DNA of 64,000 nucleotides from the NCBI GenBank assembly GCA_003140855.1, contig PLLF01000111.1, positions 36,411 to 100,410 on the forward strand. Reading direction: 5' to 3'. Below the pieces are notes generated by a model, which saw only the letters and a program-made list of their open reading frames with translations, was not told where the DNA came from and did no database searches. Source of the DNA: Vulcanimicrobiota bacterium (GTDB lineage Bacteria; Vulcanimicrobiota; Vulcanimicrobiia; Vulcanimicrobiales; Vulcanimicrobiaceae). Positions within the stretch are counted from its first letter, which is position 1; each line of letters begins with the position of its first letter. A program made the position numbers and the translations under genes. This document shows, in pieces, positions 17,065-26,704 of this stretch.

Positions 17065-17823
17065 ATGCTGCTACAACCTATCGATGCGGCTCGACCGTTG
17101 CGACGCGCATTTGTCGCCTCGCTGGCTATCCACATGCTCGCAGCCTTCATCGTTCCCTTATGGCCCGCGCCGCTACCGGCCGGCCCGGAAGCGGTTGAAA
17201 CGCTCTCCTTCGTCCATGTCGCGCATATCCACATCGAGAAGCATGCCGACGCGCGCCCGCTTCCGGTAGCACTGCCGAGCACGAAGCGCCGGGCGCCGAC
17301 GGTTGCCTTCGAACGCAAGCACAGCGAGCTGTCGGCGAAAAACCATAATCCGCACTCGCGCCCGACGCCCCTCAACGGTCCGCAGGGTCAAGTCGCGGCG
17401 GCGCCGCGCGAATATCCGCAGCGCGCTCCGGCGCCGCTCGCGCGCGCCCCCGGAACGCAATCGCCCAAAGAACCAACGCTGCAGCGCGCGCCTGGCCCTT
17501 CACCTAATCCGCAGGGCACGTCGGCCGTCAGCATGTCCGGCGCCGGAAGCAACGATCGTGGCGGCGTTTCGCCGTTCGGCGCCGAGCAGCCGCCGGTTCT
17601 CGATCCGCGCGTGAAAAGCACGCTTCTCCAGCGCTTCAACGTGCACGTCACGCTGCTCGTAACCGTCGGCGAGGACGGGCGCACGAAAAAGATCGAATTC
17701 CATCCGCCGCTCGACGCGCAAACGCAGCGCGCAATTCAAACGTTATTGGCTGATGCGTCTTGGGATGCCGCGGTCTGCGGCGGCGGCGTCAGCTGCGAAG
17801 GCGTCGCGACGATAAAATTATAG
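17065..17823 (+). CDS. TonB-like protein (N-terminal anchor, Pro-rich linker, C-terminal domain); tentative
   Basis: A single N-terminal TM (ASLAIHMLAAFIVPLW), a long Pro/Ala-rich segment, and an approximately 80-aa C-terminal domain. Architecture only, with no strong motif. Confidence 0.4.
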   Translation: MLLQPIDAARPLRRAFVASLAIHMLAAFIVPLWPAPLPAGPEAVETLSFVHVAHIHIEKHADARPLPVALPSTKRRAPTVAFERKHSELSAKNHNPHSRPTPLNGPQGQVAAAPREYPQRAPAPLARAPGTQSPKEPTLQRAPGPSPNPQGTSAVSMSGAGSNDRGGVSPFGAEQPPVLDPRVKSTLLQRFNVHVTLLVTVGEDGRTKKIEFHPPLDAQTQRAIQTLLADASWDAAVCGGGVSCEGVATIKL

Positions 17824-18687
17824 AATAGCTTTCCCTAAACCCGAACAGATAAGTCCTACCGCCAGCATCGCCGTCTGATTGCGCGTGTCGAGGATCGGAT
17901 TGATCTCGACCATCTCGATCGATCCAAGTTTTTTCGACTCCGAGAGCATCTCCATGGCAAGGTGCGCCTCGCGGAAACTCAGTCCGCCTTTGACCGGCGT
18001 GCCCGTACCGGGCGCTTCGCGCGGATCGATGGCATCCAAATCGAACGAGACGTGCAGCGGACCGTCCGATCCTGCGATCGCGATCGCTTCCTCCATCACG
18101 CGGTTCATCGTCAAACGATCGACGTCGCTCATCGTAAACGCTTTCACGCCCGAATTGCGCAAGTTTTCTTTCTCCCCGGGTTCCACGTCGCGCAATCCTA
18201 TTTGCACCGTGCGTTTCGGATCCGCGTAGCCACGCTCGAGCGCAAACCATAGCGGCATGCCGTGCACGTTTCCGGAAGGCGAACTCTTCGGACTATTGAT
18301 GTCGCCGTGCGCGTCGACCCATATGAGGCCCGCGGCTTTTCCGCGCGCGCGTTTCAGGCCGTCCAACGTGCCGATGGCGATCGAATGATCGCCGCCCAGC
18401 ACGATCGGAAACCCATTGTCGCGCACCGCAGACTCGACCAGGGCGGCCAGCTCGGCGCATACGCGATCGATCACGTCGAGATACTTCGCGTGCTTATCGT
18501 GCTCGCCCACCGCTTCGCGAATCGGCACGTGCAGATTACCGTGGTCTTCGACGCGTTCGATGCCGAGCGACCGCAGCTGATCGTGCAACTGCGCATAGCG
18601 CACCGCCGAGGGCCCCATGTCCACGCCGCGGCGGCTCGCGCCGAGATCCATTGGGACGCCGATGATGTCGACGCGCAGGTTGCTCAC
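17818..18687 (-). CDS. Arginase / ureohydrolase family enzyme
   Basis: Mn-binding motifs [18 protein letters not shown] and SFDLDAIDP, plus SGNVHGMP. 289 aa. Confidence 0.85.
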   Translation of the reverse strand: MSNLRVDIIGVPMDLGASRRGVDMGPSAVRYAQLHDQLRSLGIERVEDHGNLHVPIREAVGEHDKHAKYLDVIDRVCAELAALVESAVRDNGFPIVLGGDHSIAIGTLDGLKRARGKAAGLIWVDAHGDINSPKSSPSGNVHGMPLWFALERGYADPKRTVQIGLRDVEPGEKENLRNSGVKAFTMSDVDRLTMNRVMEEAIAIAGSDGPLHVSFDLDAIDPREAPGTGTPVKGGLSFREAHLAMEMLSESKKLGSIEMVEINPILDTRNQTAMLAVGLICSGLGKAIL

Positions 18688-20339
18688 GCTTGCGCCTGCG
18701 CGTCCGCTTCGGCTACTTCTTGCGACTCTTTGGTCAGCACCGGCTTCGCCTCTTCGCGGCTGACCGAACCCGGAATGACGTGCAGTAGCAGAACGCGGAT
18801 GATCCCGGCAACCGGCACCGCGATGAACATCCCGGCGACGCCGTAGAGTTCTCCGCCGATCAAAACCGCAACCACGATCGCGCTGGGCGACAGTTTGATC
18901 GTCCGGCTGACGATGTTCGGCGCGATCACGTGCCCTTCGAGCTGGTTGGCGACAATAAAGACGAGTGCCACCCAGCCTGCCTGTGCGATTCCTCCGGCCG
19001 AGTATCCGATAATGAAAGCCGGTACGAAAGCGATTACGGGACCGATGTATGGAATCAGGTCCAGCGCTCCGGCGATCGCGCCGATTAAAATGGCATAAGG
19101 CACGTGAGCGAGCATCAAGCCGACTGCGATGATGATGCCGACCGAAGCGCCTACGAGCAGTTGTCCCCGAATGAATCCGCCGAGGACTTCTTCCAGCTCT
19201 CCCAGCAAGCCCAGCGTCGCGTCGCGCCGGCGCTCCGGAACGAAGCCCATGAAGAATCGCTTGATGATTTCGGAGTCATAAAGCAAGTACGCAGCCAGTA
19301 CCGGGATCGCAATGAGCGAGGCCAAAAAAGCCGCAGTGCCGACCAGCACGGCGATCGCACTCGTCGCGGCGCCTCCGCCATGCGTTTGAAACCATGTGAT
19401 GGTCTGTTCCGGAAGTAGCGCCAGCTCTTTTCGCACGGCATCGGGCGCATGACCGAGCACCGGCGTGTTGGGACTCGTCAAGACTGCCCGGGTGTTCGCC
19501 ATAATCGTCGGGCCATCGTGCGAGAGCTTTGCGATTTCGCTCGAGATGGATGGAATCAGATACGATAGGCCGATCGCCACGAGCGCTGCCAGCACCGCGT
19601 ACACAACGAGGATTGCTAGAATCAGGTGCAACTTGCGGTTGAGCCAGCGGACGATCGGATAGATCAAGTACGCGAAAAAAATCGCGCCGATGATGACGAG
19701 CGCGACCAGCCCGATCCGCTCCACGAAACGAAGCACGTAAGAGAGCATCACGCCGATCAAAACGATGGAGAGCAAGATCTTCCACGCCATGTCGACGTTC
19801 CCGGGCGTCAGCCAACGGTACGGCTTCTCGTCTGTGCCGCTCGCGGCGGCAGCGCGTTCGCCGGCTTTTTGCGCGTCGATCTCCAAACCGATGAGCGAAC
19901 CTTTTGCCGGCCAGCGATAGCGCATGTAGCGCGATACAGTGCCGCTCAGCATGCGCACGAGACCGCGCACGGGTTGCAGCGCCCCATTGTAGCCGTCGTC
20001 CAAATCGATCAAGAAAAGAAACAACCGGTGGCGTGATTGGAGGCGATCGCTCCATTCACGCGCGCGCTCGACGCCTTCGGGCACACGCCGTTCCAACGCC
20101 GCCAACACCTTGTCGTCGTCGTCTCCCGCAGCTCGCACGATGCCGGTAAAGTCGCGATAGGACAAACCCAGTGCACGCAACAGCCCACGATCGATCGGGC
20201 TTTGCCCGTACAAATAATCGCCTAAGGATCCGGCGATCGCGGCGCGAGTCTTATCGATCAAGCGCGGCAGCCAGCGTACGCCGCCGAGTTCTTCGGTCCA
20301 CCGCCGCGGCGGTGTTTCGGAGAGGTCTTTCGCCTGCAT
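18684..20339 (-). CDS. AI-2E family (UPF0118/PerM-like) transporter with an N-terminal cytoplasmic DUF5069-like domain
   Basis: The C-terminal 370 aa are polytopic with the AI-2E-like signature GALDLIPYIGPVIAF. The N-terminal 150 aa (GGVRWLPRLIDKTRAAIAGSLGDYLYGQSPIDRGLL) resemble DUF5069, from memory. 4-nt overlap with the arginase start. Confidence 0.7.
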   Translation of the reverse strand: MQAKDLSETPPRRWTEELGGVRWLPRLIDKTRAAIAGSLGDYLYGQSPIDRGLLRALGLSYRDFTGIVRAAGDDDDKVLAALERRVPEGVERAREWSDRLQSRHRLFLFLIDLDDGYNGALQPVRGLVRMLSGTVSRYMRYRWPAKGSLIGLEIDAQKAGERAAAASGTDEKPYRWLTPGNVDMAWKILLSIVLIGVMLSYVLRFVERIGLVALVIIGAIFFAYLIYPIVRWLNRKLHLILAILVVYAVLAALVAIGLSYLIPSISSEIAKLSHDGPTIMANTRAVLTSPNTPVLGHAPDAVRKELALLPEQTITWFQTHGGGAATSAIAVLVGTAAFLASLIAIPVLAAYLLYDSEIIKRFFMGFVPERRRDATLGLLGELEEVLGGFIRGQLLVGASVGIIIAVGLMLAHVPYAILIGAIAGALDLIPYIGPVIAFVPAFIIGYSAGGIAQAGWVALVFIVANQLEGHVIAPNIVSRTIKLSPSAIVVAVLIGGELYGVAGMFIAVPVAGIIRVLLLHVIPGSVSREEAKPVLTKESQEVAEADAQAQA

Positions 20340-20421
20340 CTACTCAGCCTTCGGGAAAGCGAGGACGGGCTCCGGCAGGGGCCCGGAGGCTTCGGGCCGC
20401 GCTTGTGCGTACGATACTGCG

Positions 20422-21450
20422 ATGAAGCACAAGGCGATCTTTATCGGCGCCATCGCTGCCGCGTTTTTGACGCTGGCGGGATGCGGAAGACACAACGCCG
20501 GCGCAGCTCGCCCGGGACAATTAGCACTCGGCATGGTGACCGACGTGGGCGGCTTGGGAGACAAGTCGTTCAACGATTCGGCGTATCGCGGGCTGGTCAA
20601 CGCGCAGAATTCGCTCGGCGCCAACATCCAAGTCTTGCAGTCGCGTTCGGCTTCCGACTACCAGCCGAACCTGACGGCACTTTCGGAAAAACATCTGGAT
20701 ATGATCTACGCGATCGGATTCCTGATGAATAAAGATCTCGATCAGATTTCCAAACAATATCCGCAGCAGCACTATGCCATTATTGACGCGGTCGTGGACG
20801 ATCCAAACGTCGTCTCGGCAACTTTCAAAGAGGAAGACGGCTCGTTCTTGGCCGGCGCGCTCGCCGCGCTCGTTAGCAAGTCGCACCATATCGCGTTCTT
20901 GGGCGGCCAAGACATCCCGCTGCTGCGCAAATTTGAAGTCGGCTACATCGCCGGTGCTCATCAAATCGATCCGGCCACGAAAGTTGACGTTAAATGGGTG
21001 GGATCGTTCGAAGACGTGGCGGCTGGACAAGAACTCGCCAACGTGCTGTTTAACGGCGGCGCGGATATCGTTTACGCGGCCGCCGGCAAAGCCGGCATTG
21101 GAGCGATCGACGCGGTGAAGACGCGCCAGAATGCCTTCGTGATCGGCGTGGATTCCGATCAAGACAGCATGGCGCCCGGCAAAATCTTGACGTCGATGGT
21201 CAAACACGTCGACGTCGCGGTGTTCGACATCGCGCAAGCCATCCAGCAGAAAAAAGCGTTGAAAGGCCACCTGATCTTCGGTTTGAAAGATAACGGCGTC
21301 GGCCTGACGGACTTCAAATACACCAGCGCCGTCATCGGACGCAGCAATATCGAACGAGTCGATGCGATCCGGCAAGACATCATCAGCGGAAAGATCACGC
21401 CGCCGTCGACTCCGCAGGGGCTCGTGACCTGGAAACCGGTCAAACTCTAA
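20422..21450 (+). CDS. BMP-family (PnrA/Med-like) ABC substrate-binding lipoprotein, probably nucleoside-binding
   Basis: Lipobox LTLAGC. The GDKSFNDSAY motif and overall periplasmic-binding fold are typical of basic membrane protein family binders. Confidence 0.85.
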   Translation: MKHKAIFIGAIAAAFLTLAGCGRHNAGAARPGQLALGMVTDVGGLGDKSFNDSAYRGLVNAQNSLGANIQVLQSRSASDYQPNLTALSEKHLDMIYAIGFLMNKDLDQISKQYPQQHYAIIDAVVDDPNVVSATFKEEDGSFLAGALAALVSKSHHIAFLGGQDIPLLRKFEVGYIAGAHQIDPATKVDVKWVGSFEDVAAGQELANVLFNGGADIVYAAAGKAGIGAIDAVKTRQNAFVIGVDSDQDSMAPGKILTSMVKHVDVAVFDIAQAIQQKKALKGHLIFGLKDNGVGLTDFKYTSAVIGRSNIERVDAIRQDIISGKITPPSTPQGLVTWKPVKL

Positions 21451-21473
21451 ATCTTTCGACTGCCGCGCTGCAA

Positions 21474-22892
21474 ATGCACGGCATTCGCAAAGTCTATCCC
21501 GGCGTAATTGCGGTCGACGGCGTCGACCTCGATCTGCTGCCCGGTGAAATCCACGCCCTGGTCGGCGAAAACGGCGCCGGCAAATCCACGCTGGCAAACA
21601 TCGCGTTCGGCGCGGTGAAACCCGACGGCGGAACCGTCGAAGCCGCCGGAACCGTCGGCTTGGTCCACCAGCATTTCGAATTGGTCGGCCGCCTGCGCGT
21701 ATGGCACAACATCATGCTCGGCCGCGAGCCGCGCAAAGGCACCGTTGTCGATGTCGATCGCGCGCGCTCGCGCGTTGCAGAGCTCGCCGAGCGCAACGGC
21801 CTCGCGATCGATCCGGATGCCTTGGTGGAAGAACTTCCGATCGGCGTGCAGCAGCGCGTCGAACTGCTGCGCGAACTCGAACGAGAACCTTCCGTGCTGC
21901 TTCTCGACGAGCCGACAGCGGCGCTCGCACCGGCCGAAATTGCCACGCTCTTCGCCACGGTCGTGCAGCTTGCGAAGCGCGGGACCGCAATTCTCGTCGT
22001 CACGCACAAATTACAAGAAGTAATTGACTATACAACGCGCGTGAGCGTGATGCGTCACGGCAAGATCGTCGCGCGGTACGAAACGGCGGATACAAGCGTA
22101 GACGAAATTGCGCGCGCGATGGTCGGCGGCGAGCTGCCGCAGGTCGCGCAGCGCGAGCCCACCGGAGCGGCGCCGTGTTTCGCTGCGCGCGATGTCAGCG
22201 CCGCTTCCGATACGACGACAGTTTCCGGGCTTTCATTTGAGGTGCATGCCGGCGAGATCGTCGGCATCGCCGGCGTCGAGGGCAACGGACAAACCGCGCT
22301 CGCCGACGCGATCGCGGGCATGATCCCCTATACCGGCAGCATCGAGCTCGACGGCGATTCTACTGCGTTGCGCCATCGCAATAATATCGGGATCGTACCA
22401 CAGGATCGCCACCATGAAGGGCTCGTGCTCAACTGGTCGATCGTCGAAAACGCGATTCTCGGACGGCAAAACCTGCCGGGCATTCGCAAGGGCGCGCTGA
22501 CCGACTGGCGTGCGGCGCGTGCGGATGCGGCCGCAATCGTCGAGCGTTTCGACGTGCGCGCAGCTTCGCTCGACGTGGCCGTCAAGATGCTCTCGGGCGG
22601 CAACCAGCAGAAATTGCTCGTCGGCCGTGCGCTAATCGGCGATCCGCGGTTCGTGCTCGCATATCAACCCACGCGCGGCATCGACGTCGGCGCCGCTGCG
22701 CTCGTGCAGTCGCGGCTGATCGAAGCGCGTAACCGCGGCAGCGCAATTCTGTTGATCTCTTTCGAGCTGGACGAAATTCTTGCGATCGCCGATCGCGTGC
22801 TCGTGATGTATCGCGGCAAGATTACGGGATCGTTCACCGGATCGGAGATCGATCGCGGAAAGATTGGACGCTTGATGGCGGGCTTGTCGTGA
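21474..22892 (+). CDS. ABC transporter ATP-binding protein with duplicated ATPase domains
   Basis: First domain: Walker A GENGAGKST and Walker B LLLDEP. Second domain: GVEGNGQ, LSGGNQQK and LISFELDE. This layout is typical of sugar/nucleoside importers. Confidence 0.9.
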   Translation: MHGIRKVYPGVIAVDGVDLDLLPGEIHALVGENGAGKSTLANIAFGAVKPDGGTVEAAGTVGLVHQHFELVGRLRVWHNIMLGREPRKGTVVDVDRARSRVAELAERNGLAIDPDALVEELPIGVQQRVELLRELEREPSVLLLDEPTAALAPAEIATLFATVVQLAKRGTAILVVTHKLQEVIDYTTRVSVMRHGKIVARYETADTSVDEIARAMVGGELPQVAQREPTGAAPCFAARDVSAASDTTTVSGLSFEVHAGEIVGIAGVEGNGQTALADAIAGMIPYTGSIELDGDSTALRHRNNIGIVPQDRHHEGLVLNWSIVENAILGRQNLPGIRKGALTDWRAARADAAAIVERFDVRAASLDVAVKMLSGGNQQKLLVGRALIGDPRFVLAYQPTRGIDVGAAALVQSRLIEARNRGSAILLISFELDEILAIADRVLVMYRGKITGSFTGSEIDRGKIGRLMAGLS

Positions 22893-23935
22893 AGGTCGTT
22901 CTTCGCTTGCTCGCAGGACCGGCCGGCGCGCTTCTGCTCGCATTCGTGCTGGCCGCAGTGGCAATGCTAATCGCGGGCGTCAATCCGGTAGACGGATTCT
23001 CCGCGCTTATCCGAGGATCGCTCGGCGGGCGCCGTCCGATCGCGGAGACGCTGGTGCAAACGACCGCGCTGCTCTTCCCGGCGCTCGGCATTTCGCTTGC
23101 GTTTCGCGCGGGCTTGTTCAACATCGGCGCCGAGGGCCAACTGCTGATGGGCGGTTTGTTCGCGGGCGCCGTCGGCGCGCACTTGGCCGGACCGTCGTGG
23201 CTGACCGTCGCCGCACTCTTGCTGCTGGGGATGCTCGGCGGCGGAATCTGGGGTGGCATCGCGGGCTGGCTGCGCGCGCGCTTTAACGCGAGCGAGATCA
23301 TCTCGACCTTGATGCTTAACTTCATTGCCCTTTCGCTCGCCGGCTATCTGGTCGCCGGTCCTTTGAAGAGCCCGCTCGCCTCCGGCGCCGAGACGGCGCC
23401 GCTGCTGCCCAACAACTGGCTGCCGGCATTTCCGACGATCGGCAGCTTGAGTTTCGGCGACACGCGGCTGACGATTTCAATTCTGATCGCGATCGCGACC
23501 GCGATCGTTTTGCGTTTCGTCTTTACGCGTACGGTCTTCGGCTACGAACTGCGTGCGGCCGGTGAAGCGCCTGAGGCTGCGCGCCGCAGCGGCATCAACA
23601 TGCCGCGCATGACGCTGATTGCGCTCTCTTTGTCTGGCGCCGTTGCCGGGTTAGGTGGAGCGGCGATCGTCACCGGCGTTCTGCACCGTTTTAACACGTC
23701 GCTCTCACCGGGCTACGGCTACACCGCGATCGCGGTCGCGCTGGTCGGCGATCTCAATCCGCTGTGGGTCTGCGTCGCCGCGCTTGGCTTCGGCATCCTG
23801 GAAGCCGGCGGACTCATGATGCAGGCTGACGCGGGCGTGCCCAAAGATGCAATCCGCGTGATCGAAGGCCTAATCATTCTCGTGCTGGCCGCGCGCCGCT
23901 ACTTCGCGACGCGCGCCTCGAGTGCGCCCATATGA
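22889..23935 (+). CDS. ABC transporter permease (BMP/ribose type)
   Basis: 348-aa polytopic protein. 4-nt overlap with the ATPase gene and with the next permease. Confidence 0.85.
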   Translation: MKVVLRLLAGPAGALLLAFVLAAVAMLIAGVNPVDGFSALIRGSLGGRRPIAETLVQTTALLFPALGISLAFRAGLFNIGAEGQLLMGGLFAGAVGAHLAGPSWLTVAALLLLGMLGGGIWGGIAGWLRARFNASEIISTLMLNFIALSLAGYLVAGPLKSPLASGAETAPLLPNNWLPAFPTIGSLSFGDTRLTISILIAIATAIVLRFVFTRTVFGYELRAAGEAPEAARRSGINMPRMTLIALSLSGAVAGLGGAAIVTGVLHRFNTSLSPGYGYTAIAVALVGDLNPLWVCVAALGFGILEAGGLMMQADAGVPKDAIRVIEGLIILVLAARRYFATRASSAPI

Positions 23936-24828
23936 GTACCGGCGTGTCGCTGATGCTGACGCTCGCATTCCTGACGCTGATCAAGTCGGTGCCGATCGTC
24001 TATGCGGCGCTCGGCGGCGTGATCTCCGAACGCGCGGGCGTTGTGAACATCGGCTTGGAAGGCATGATGACGGCGGGCGCATTCAGCGCGGTCGTCTTCA
24101 CGAATCTGACCGGCAGCCCGATCGTCGGATTGATCGCGGGCATCTTCTTCGGCGCGTTTCTCGGCTTCATTTTGGGATTCGCGGCGACGTTTTTCAAGGT
24201 CGATCAAATCGTGGCCGGCGTCGGCATCAACTTGGTTGCGCTTGGCGGCGCAGCGTACGGCTTGGTGTTGATCTTCAATCAGCCCGGTGCGAGTCCGCAA
24301 GTCAATCAACTCGCACCCGAACAATTGCTGCCGCAAATAACAGTTGGCGAAACGGCACTGATTGTTCTCGGCTTGCTGTGCGCGTTTGGTTTAAATTGGT
24401 TTATCTATCGCACGCCGTGGGGATTGCGCGTGCAAGCCTGCGGCGAAAATCCGCGCGCCGTTACCGATGCCGGGCTCGATCCGCTTCGCTTGCGTCTGTA
24501 CAGTGTAATCGCCAGCGGCGCGCTCGCCGGTTTGGGCGGCGCGTTCCTTTCGATTTGCGAAGTCAACTTGTATTCCGACGGCATGACTGCGGGCCGCGGA
24601 TTCATCGCATTAGCCGCCGTGATCTTCGGGCGCTGGACGCCATGGGGCGCAACCGGAGCCGCCGTCTTCTTCGGATTCTTCGAAGCGTTGCAGTATGTGC
24701 TGCAAGGCCGCATCAGCTGGCTCCCAAGCGACGCGATGCAAGCGCTTCCATATCTCGCCGCACTCTTTGCGATCGCCGGACTCGTCGGCCGAGTGCGCGC
24801 ACCCGCCGCAGACGGTGTTCCCTACTAA
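23932..24828 (+). CDS. ABC transporter permease (BMP/ribose type), second subunit
   Basis: 298-aa polytopic paralog of the preceding permease. Last gene of the operon. Confidence 0.85.
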   Translation: MSTGVSLMLTLAFLTLIKSVPIVYAALGGVISERAGVVNIGLEGMMTAGAFSAVVFTNLTGSPIVGLIAGIFFGAFLGFILGFAATFFKVDQIVAGVGINLVALGGAAYGLVLIFNQPGASPQVNQLAPEQLLPQITVGETALIVLGLLCAFGLNWFIYRTPWGLRVQACGENPRAVTDAGLDPLRLRLYSVIASGALAGLGGAFLSICEVNLYSDGMTAGRGFIALAAVIFGRWTPWGATGAAVFFGFFEALQYVLQGRISWLPSDAMQALPYLAALFAIAGLVGRVRAPAADGVPY

Positions 24829-24837
24829 CGAATTATT

Positions 24838-24894
24838 GTGTCATCCTGAGCGAAGCGTTTCGCCTTCAGCGAAATGCGAAGTCGAAGGGCGGCC
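24838..24894. repeat. Short intergenic repeat element, copy A (TCCTGAGCG ... AGTCGAAGGG arms around a 27-nt GCGAA-rich hairpin-forming insert)
   Basis: TCCTGAGCG at 24844-24852 and AGTCGAAGGG at 24880-24889. The internal GCGAA-GCGT-TTCGC can fold. The same arms recur at 26714-26733. Confidence 0.5.
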
Positions 24895-25003
24895 GAGCTT
24901 GACGAGGCCCGCGAGGAACCGGCGCCCCGACGGGTCACAATGGCCAAGTTCTAATTGTTCAACCCGCATGACTGCAGCTAAAAGCGCCGATCGACGCCCT
25001 CGT

Positions 25004-25576
25004 ATGAAAATTGTTCTGAGGATGCTCTTGCTGTGCTTCGTGGCGAACGTCGGCGTTGCGCGCGCTACATGCGGGCCCGGAGCGGTCCCAGCTTACGACG
25101 ACATCAACCGCATATTGCTCATACGCTGCCAAGCTGCCACGAGCTCATACCCCTGTTTCCGTTCTCTTCTGGTAATTCAAAACGGACAGATAAAGTCGGG
25201 CGACTTGAACGCGATCAGTGGCGTCGGACTCAGGGGAACATATGCATTGGCGTCCGCTAGACGGGAGGACGTGGGAAGTCAGCTTTTATCCCGCTTGAGC
25301 GACTACAGCTTCCTCAAAATGACAGTTCCGCCGGCAGGACGATATATCGACGGGGAGTTCAACCTTCTCGCCGTGCGACGATGCGGAGGCGCTACCGTGA
25401 TCAGGAACGACGGAGTCATAGATGACGCGGCCCATATTCCATGGAGCGTTCTACTGCAACGCTTGCAGGCTACAATACTGAGCCTGCAATGGACTCAGAC
25501 ATCGCCCACGCCGGATTATAAAGACGCTATGAATTGGTACACTGAAAGTGCTATCCCTGACATGCTTAAACCCTAA
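25004..25576 (+). CDS. Hypothetical secreted protein in an AT-richer segment
   Basis: ATG 25004 (alternative 24968) gives a signal peptide MKIVLRMLLLCFVANVGVARA. I recognise no family. Local GC is about 47-50% versus above 60% in the flanks. Confidence 0.45.
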   Translation: MKIVLRMLLLCFVANVGVARATCGPGAVPAYDDINRILLIRCQAATSSYPCFRSLLVIQNGQIKSGDLNAISGVGLRGTYALASARREDVGSQLLSRLSDYSFLKMTVPPAGRYIDGEFNLLAVRRCGGATVIRNDGVIDDAAHIPWSVLLQRLQATILSLQWTQTSPTPDYKDAMNWYTESAIPDMLKP

Positions 25577-25711
25577 GCGGCCCGCCGGGCTCGCAGTCGG
25601 AGTAATTAAATAGGCAATAGGGGAGGTCGGCATGAGGCATGCGCGCCCAGACCAAAGGCGGGAACCTCATAAGGAAGTCGAACGTAACCGACAACTAAGC
25701 ATAGGAGCTTC

Positions 25712-26704
25712 ATGCGTCGTTACCTTTTAGCTCTTTTTGCCGCTGCTGCGATCGCCGGATCGTCCGCAGCTCCTGCGAACGCGCTAGGACTGCCGGCGCC
25801 CCTGGCGGATCTGCAGGCTACGTTGACGCGCGCCGCGCAGCGAGCTCCGGGCCGTTTCGCCATGGAAGTGAAAGATTTAGGGACCGGCTTCAGCTCTTCG
25901 ATCAACGCCAACGAAGTAATGCCGGCGGCTTCCACGATCAAGATCCCAGTGATGGTCGAAGTATTCCGGCAAATGCAGCGGGGCACTTTCGATTTGAATC
26001 ATCGCGTCACGCTGATGCCGCGCGATCGCGATTGGGGTTCCGGAGTGATCGCGGACGCACCTGTCGGCTCGACGTTCCCCGTTTCAGAGTTGCTGACGCA
26101 AATGATTGCCGTCAGCGATAACACCGCCGCGAATATGCTAATCCGATTGGTCGGCCGCACGCACATCAACACGGAGATGCGCAGTCTCGGGTTGCGGCAT
26201 ACGCGACTTGCCGATTACATTCACACGGCCGCCTGGAGCATTCGTAACACGTTGCGCACGAGCCCCGCCGACATGGTGCGCCTGCTCACCGATATGGCGC
26301 AAAAACAATTGATCGACGAATGGTCGTCGCAGTCAATGATCGACATCCTGGAACGGCAAGAAATCAATTCGCTGATTCCCGAGCCGCTTCCGCAGATTCC
26401 AATCGCACACAAAACCGGATCGCTCGACGATACACTTAACGACGTCGGCATCGTCTACGCGTCGAACGGTGCGTACGTGATCGCGGTGATGACTACCCGG
26501 TTGCCGACGCTCTCGGCCGGGCGGCGGTTCATCCGCCGCGTCTCGAGCATGGCCTACACGCACCTGCAGCAATTCGGCAAATGGCGCGCGCTCAACACGT
26601 TGGGTTCACCCGGTACTTCGGCGGACGACGCCAGCGGCGATACGCCGATGTGGGCGCCGCAAACACCCGTTCCGGCTACGCCGAACCCCGAATCTACACC
26701 GTAG
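25712..26704 (+). CDS. Class A beta-lactamase-fold serine hydrolase (secreted)
   Basis: Signal peptide, SxxK (ASTIK), SDN (VSDNTAANM) and KTG (HKTGSL) motifs. A clear ExxLN omega-loop motif is not evident. Pro-rich C-terminal tail. Confidence 0.75.
   Translation: MRRYLLALFAAAAIAGSSAAPANALGLPAPLADLQATLTRAAQRAPGRFAMEVKDLGTGFSSSINANEVMPAASTIKIPVMVEVFRQMQRGTFDLNHRVTLMPRDRDWGSGVIADAPVGSTFPVSELLTQMIAVSDNTAANMLIRLVGRTHINTEMRSLGLRHTRLADYIHTAAWSIRNTLRTSPADMVRLLTDMAQKQLIDEWSSQSMIDILERQEINSLIPEPLPQIPIAHKTGSLDDTLNDVGIVYASNGAYVIAVMTTRLPTLSAGRRFIRRVSSMAYTHLQQFGKWRALNTLGSPGTSADDASGDTPMWAPQTPVPATPNPESTP

Noticed and set aside
24695-25003. N-terminal extension of the 25004-25576 ORF, and the 23922-24902 ORF reading through the repeat element (VILSEAFRLQRNAKSKG)
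   Set aside because: The extension runs through the permease 3' end and the intergenic repeat. The signal peptide starts at ATG 25004. Translation of the repeat is a by-product of open frames.
25577-25711. 135-nt intergenic region with an ATGAGG...CCTCAT stem, inspected for a tRNA, small RNA or riboswitch
   Set aside because: There are no cloverleaf, no conserved riboswitch core sequences that I recognise, and only a 6-bp stem with a long irregular loop. It is more likely the promoter and leader of the beta-lactamase-like gene.
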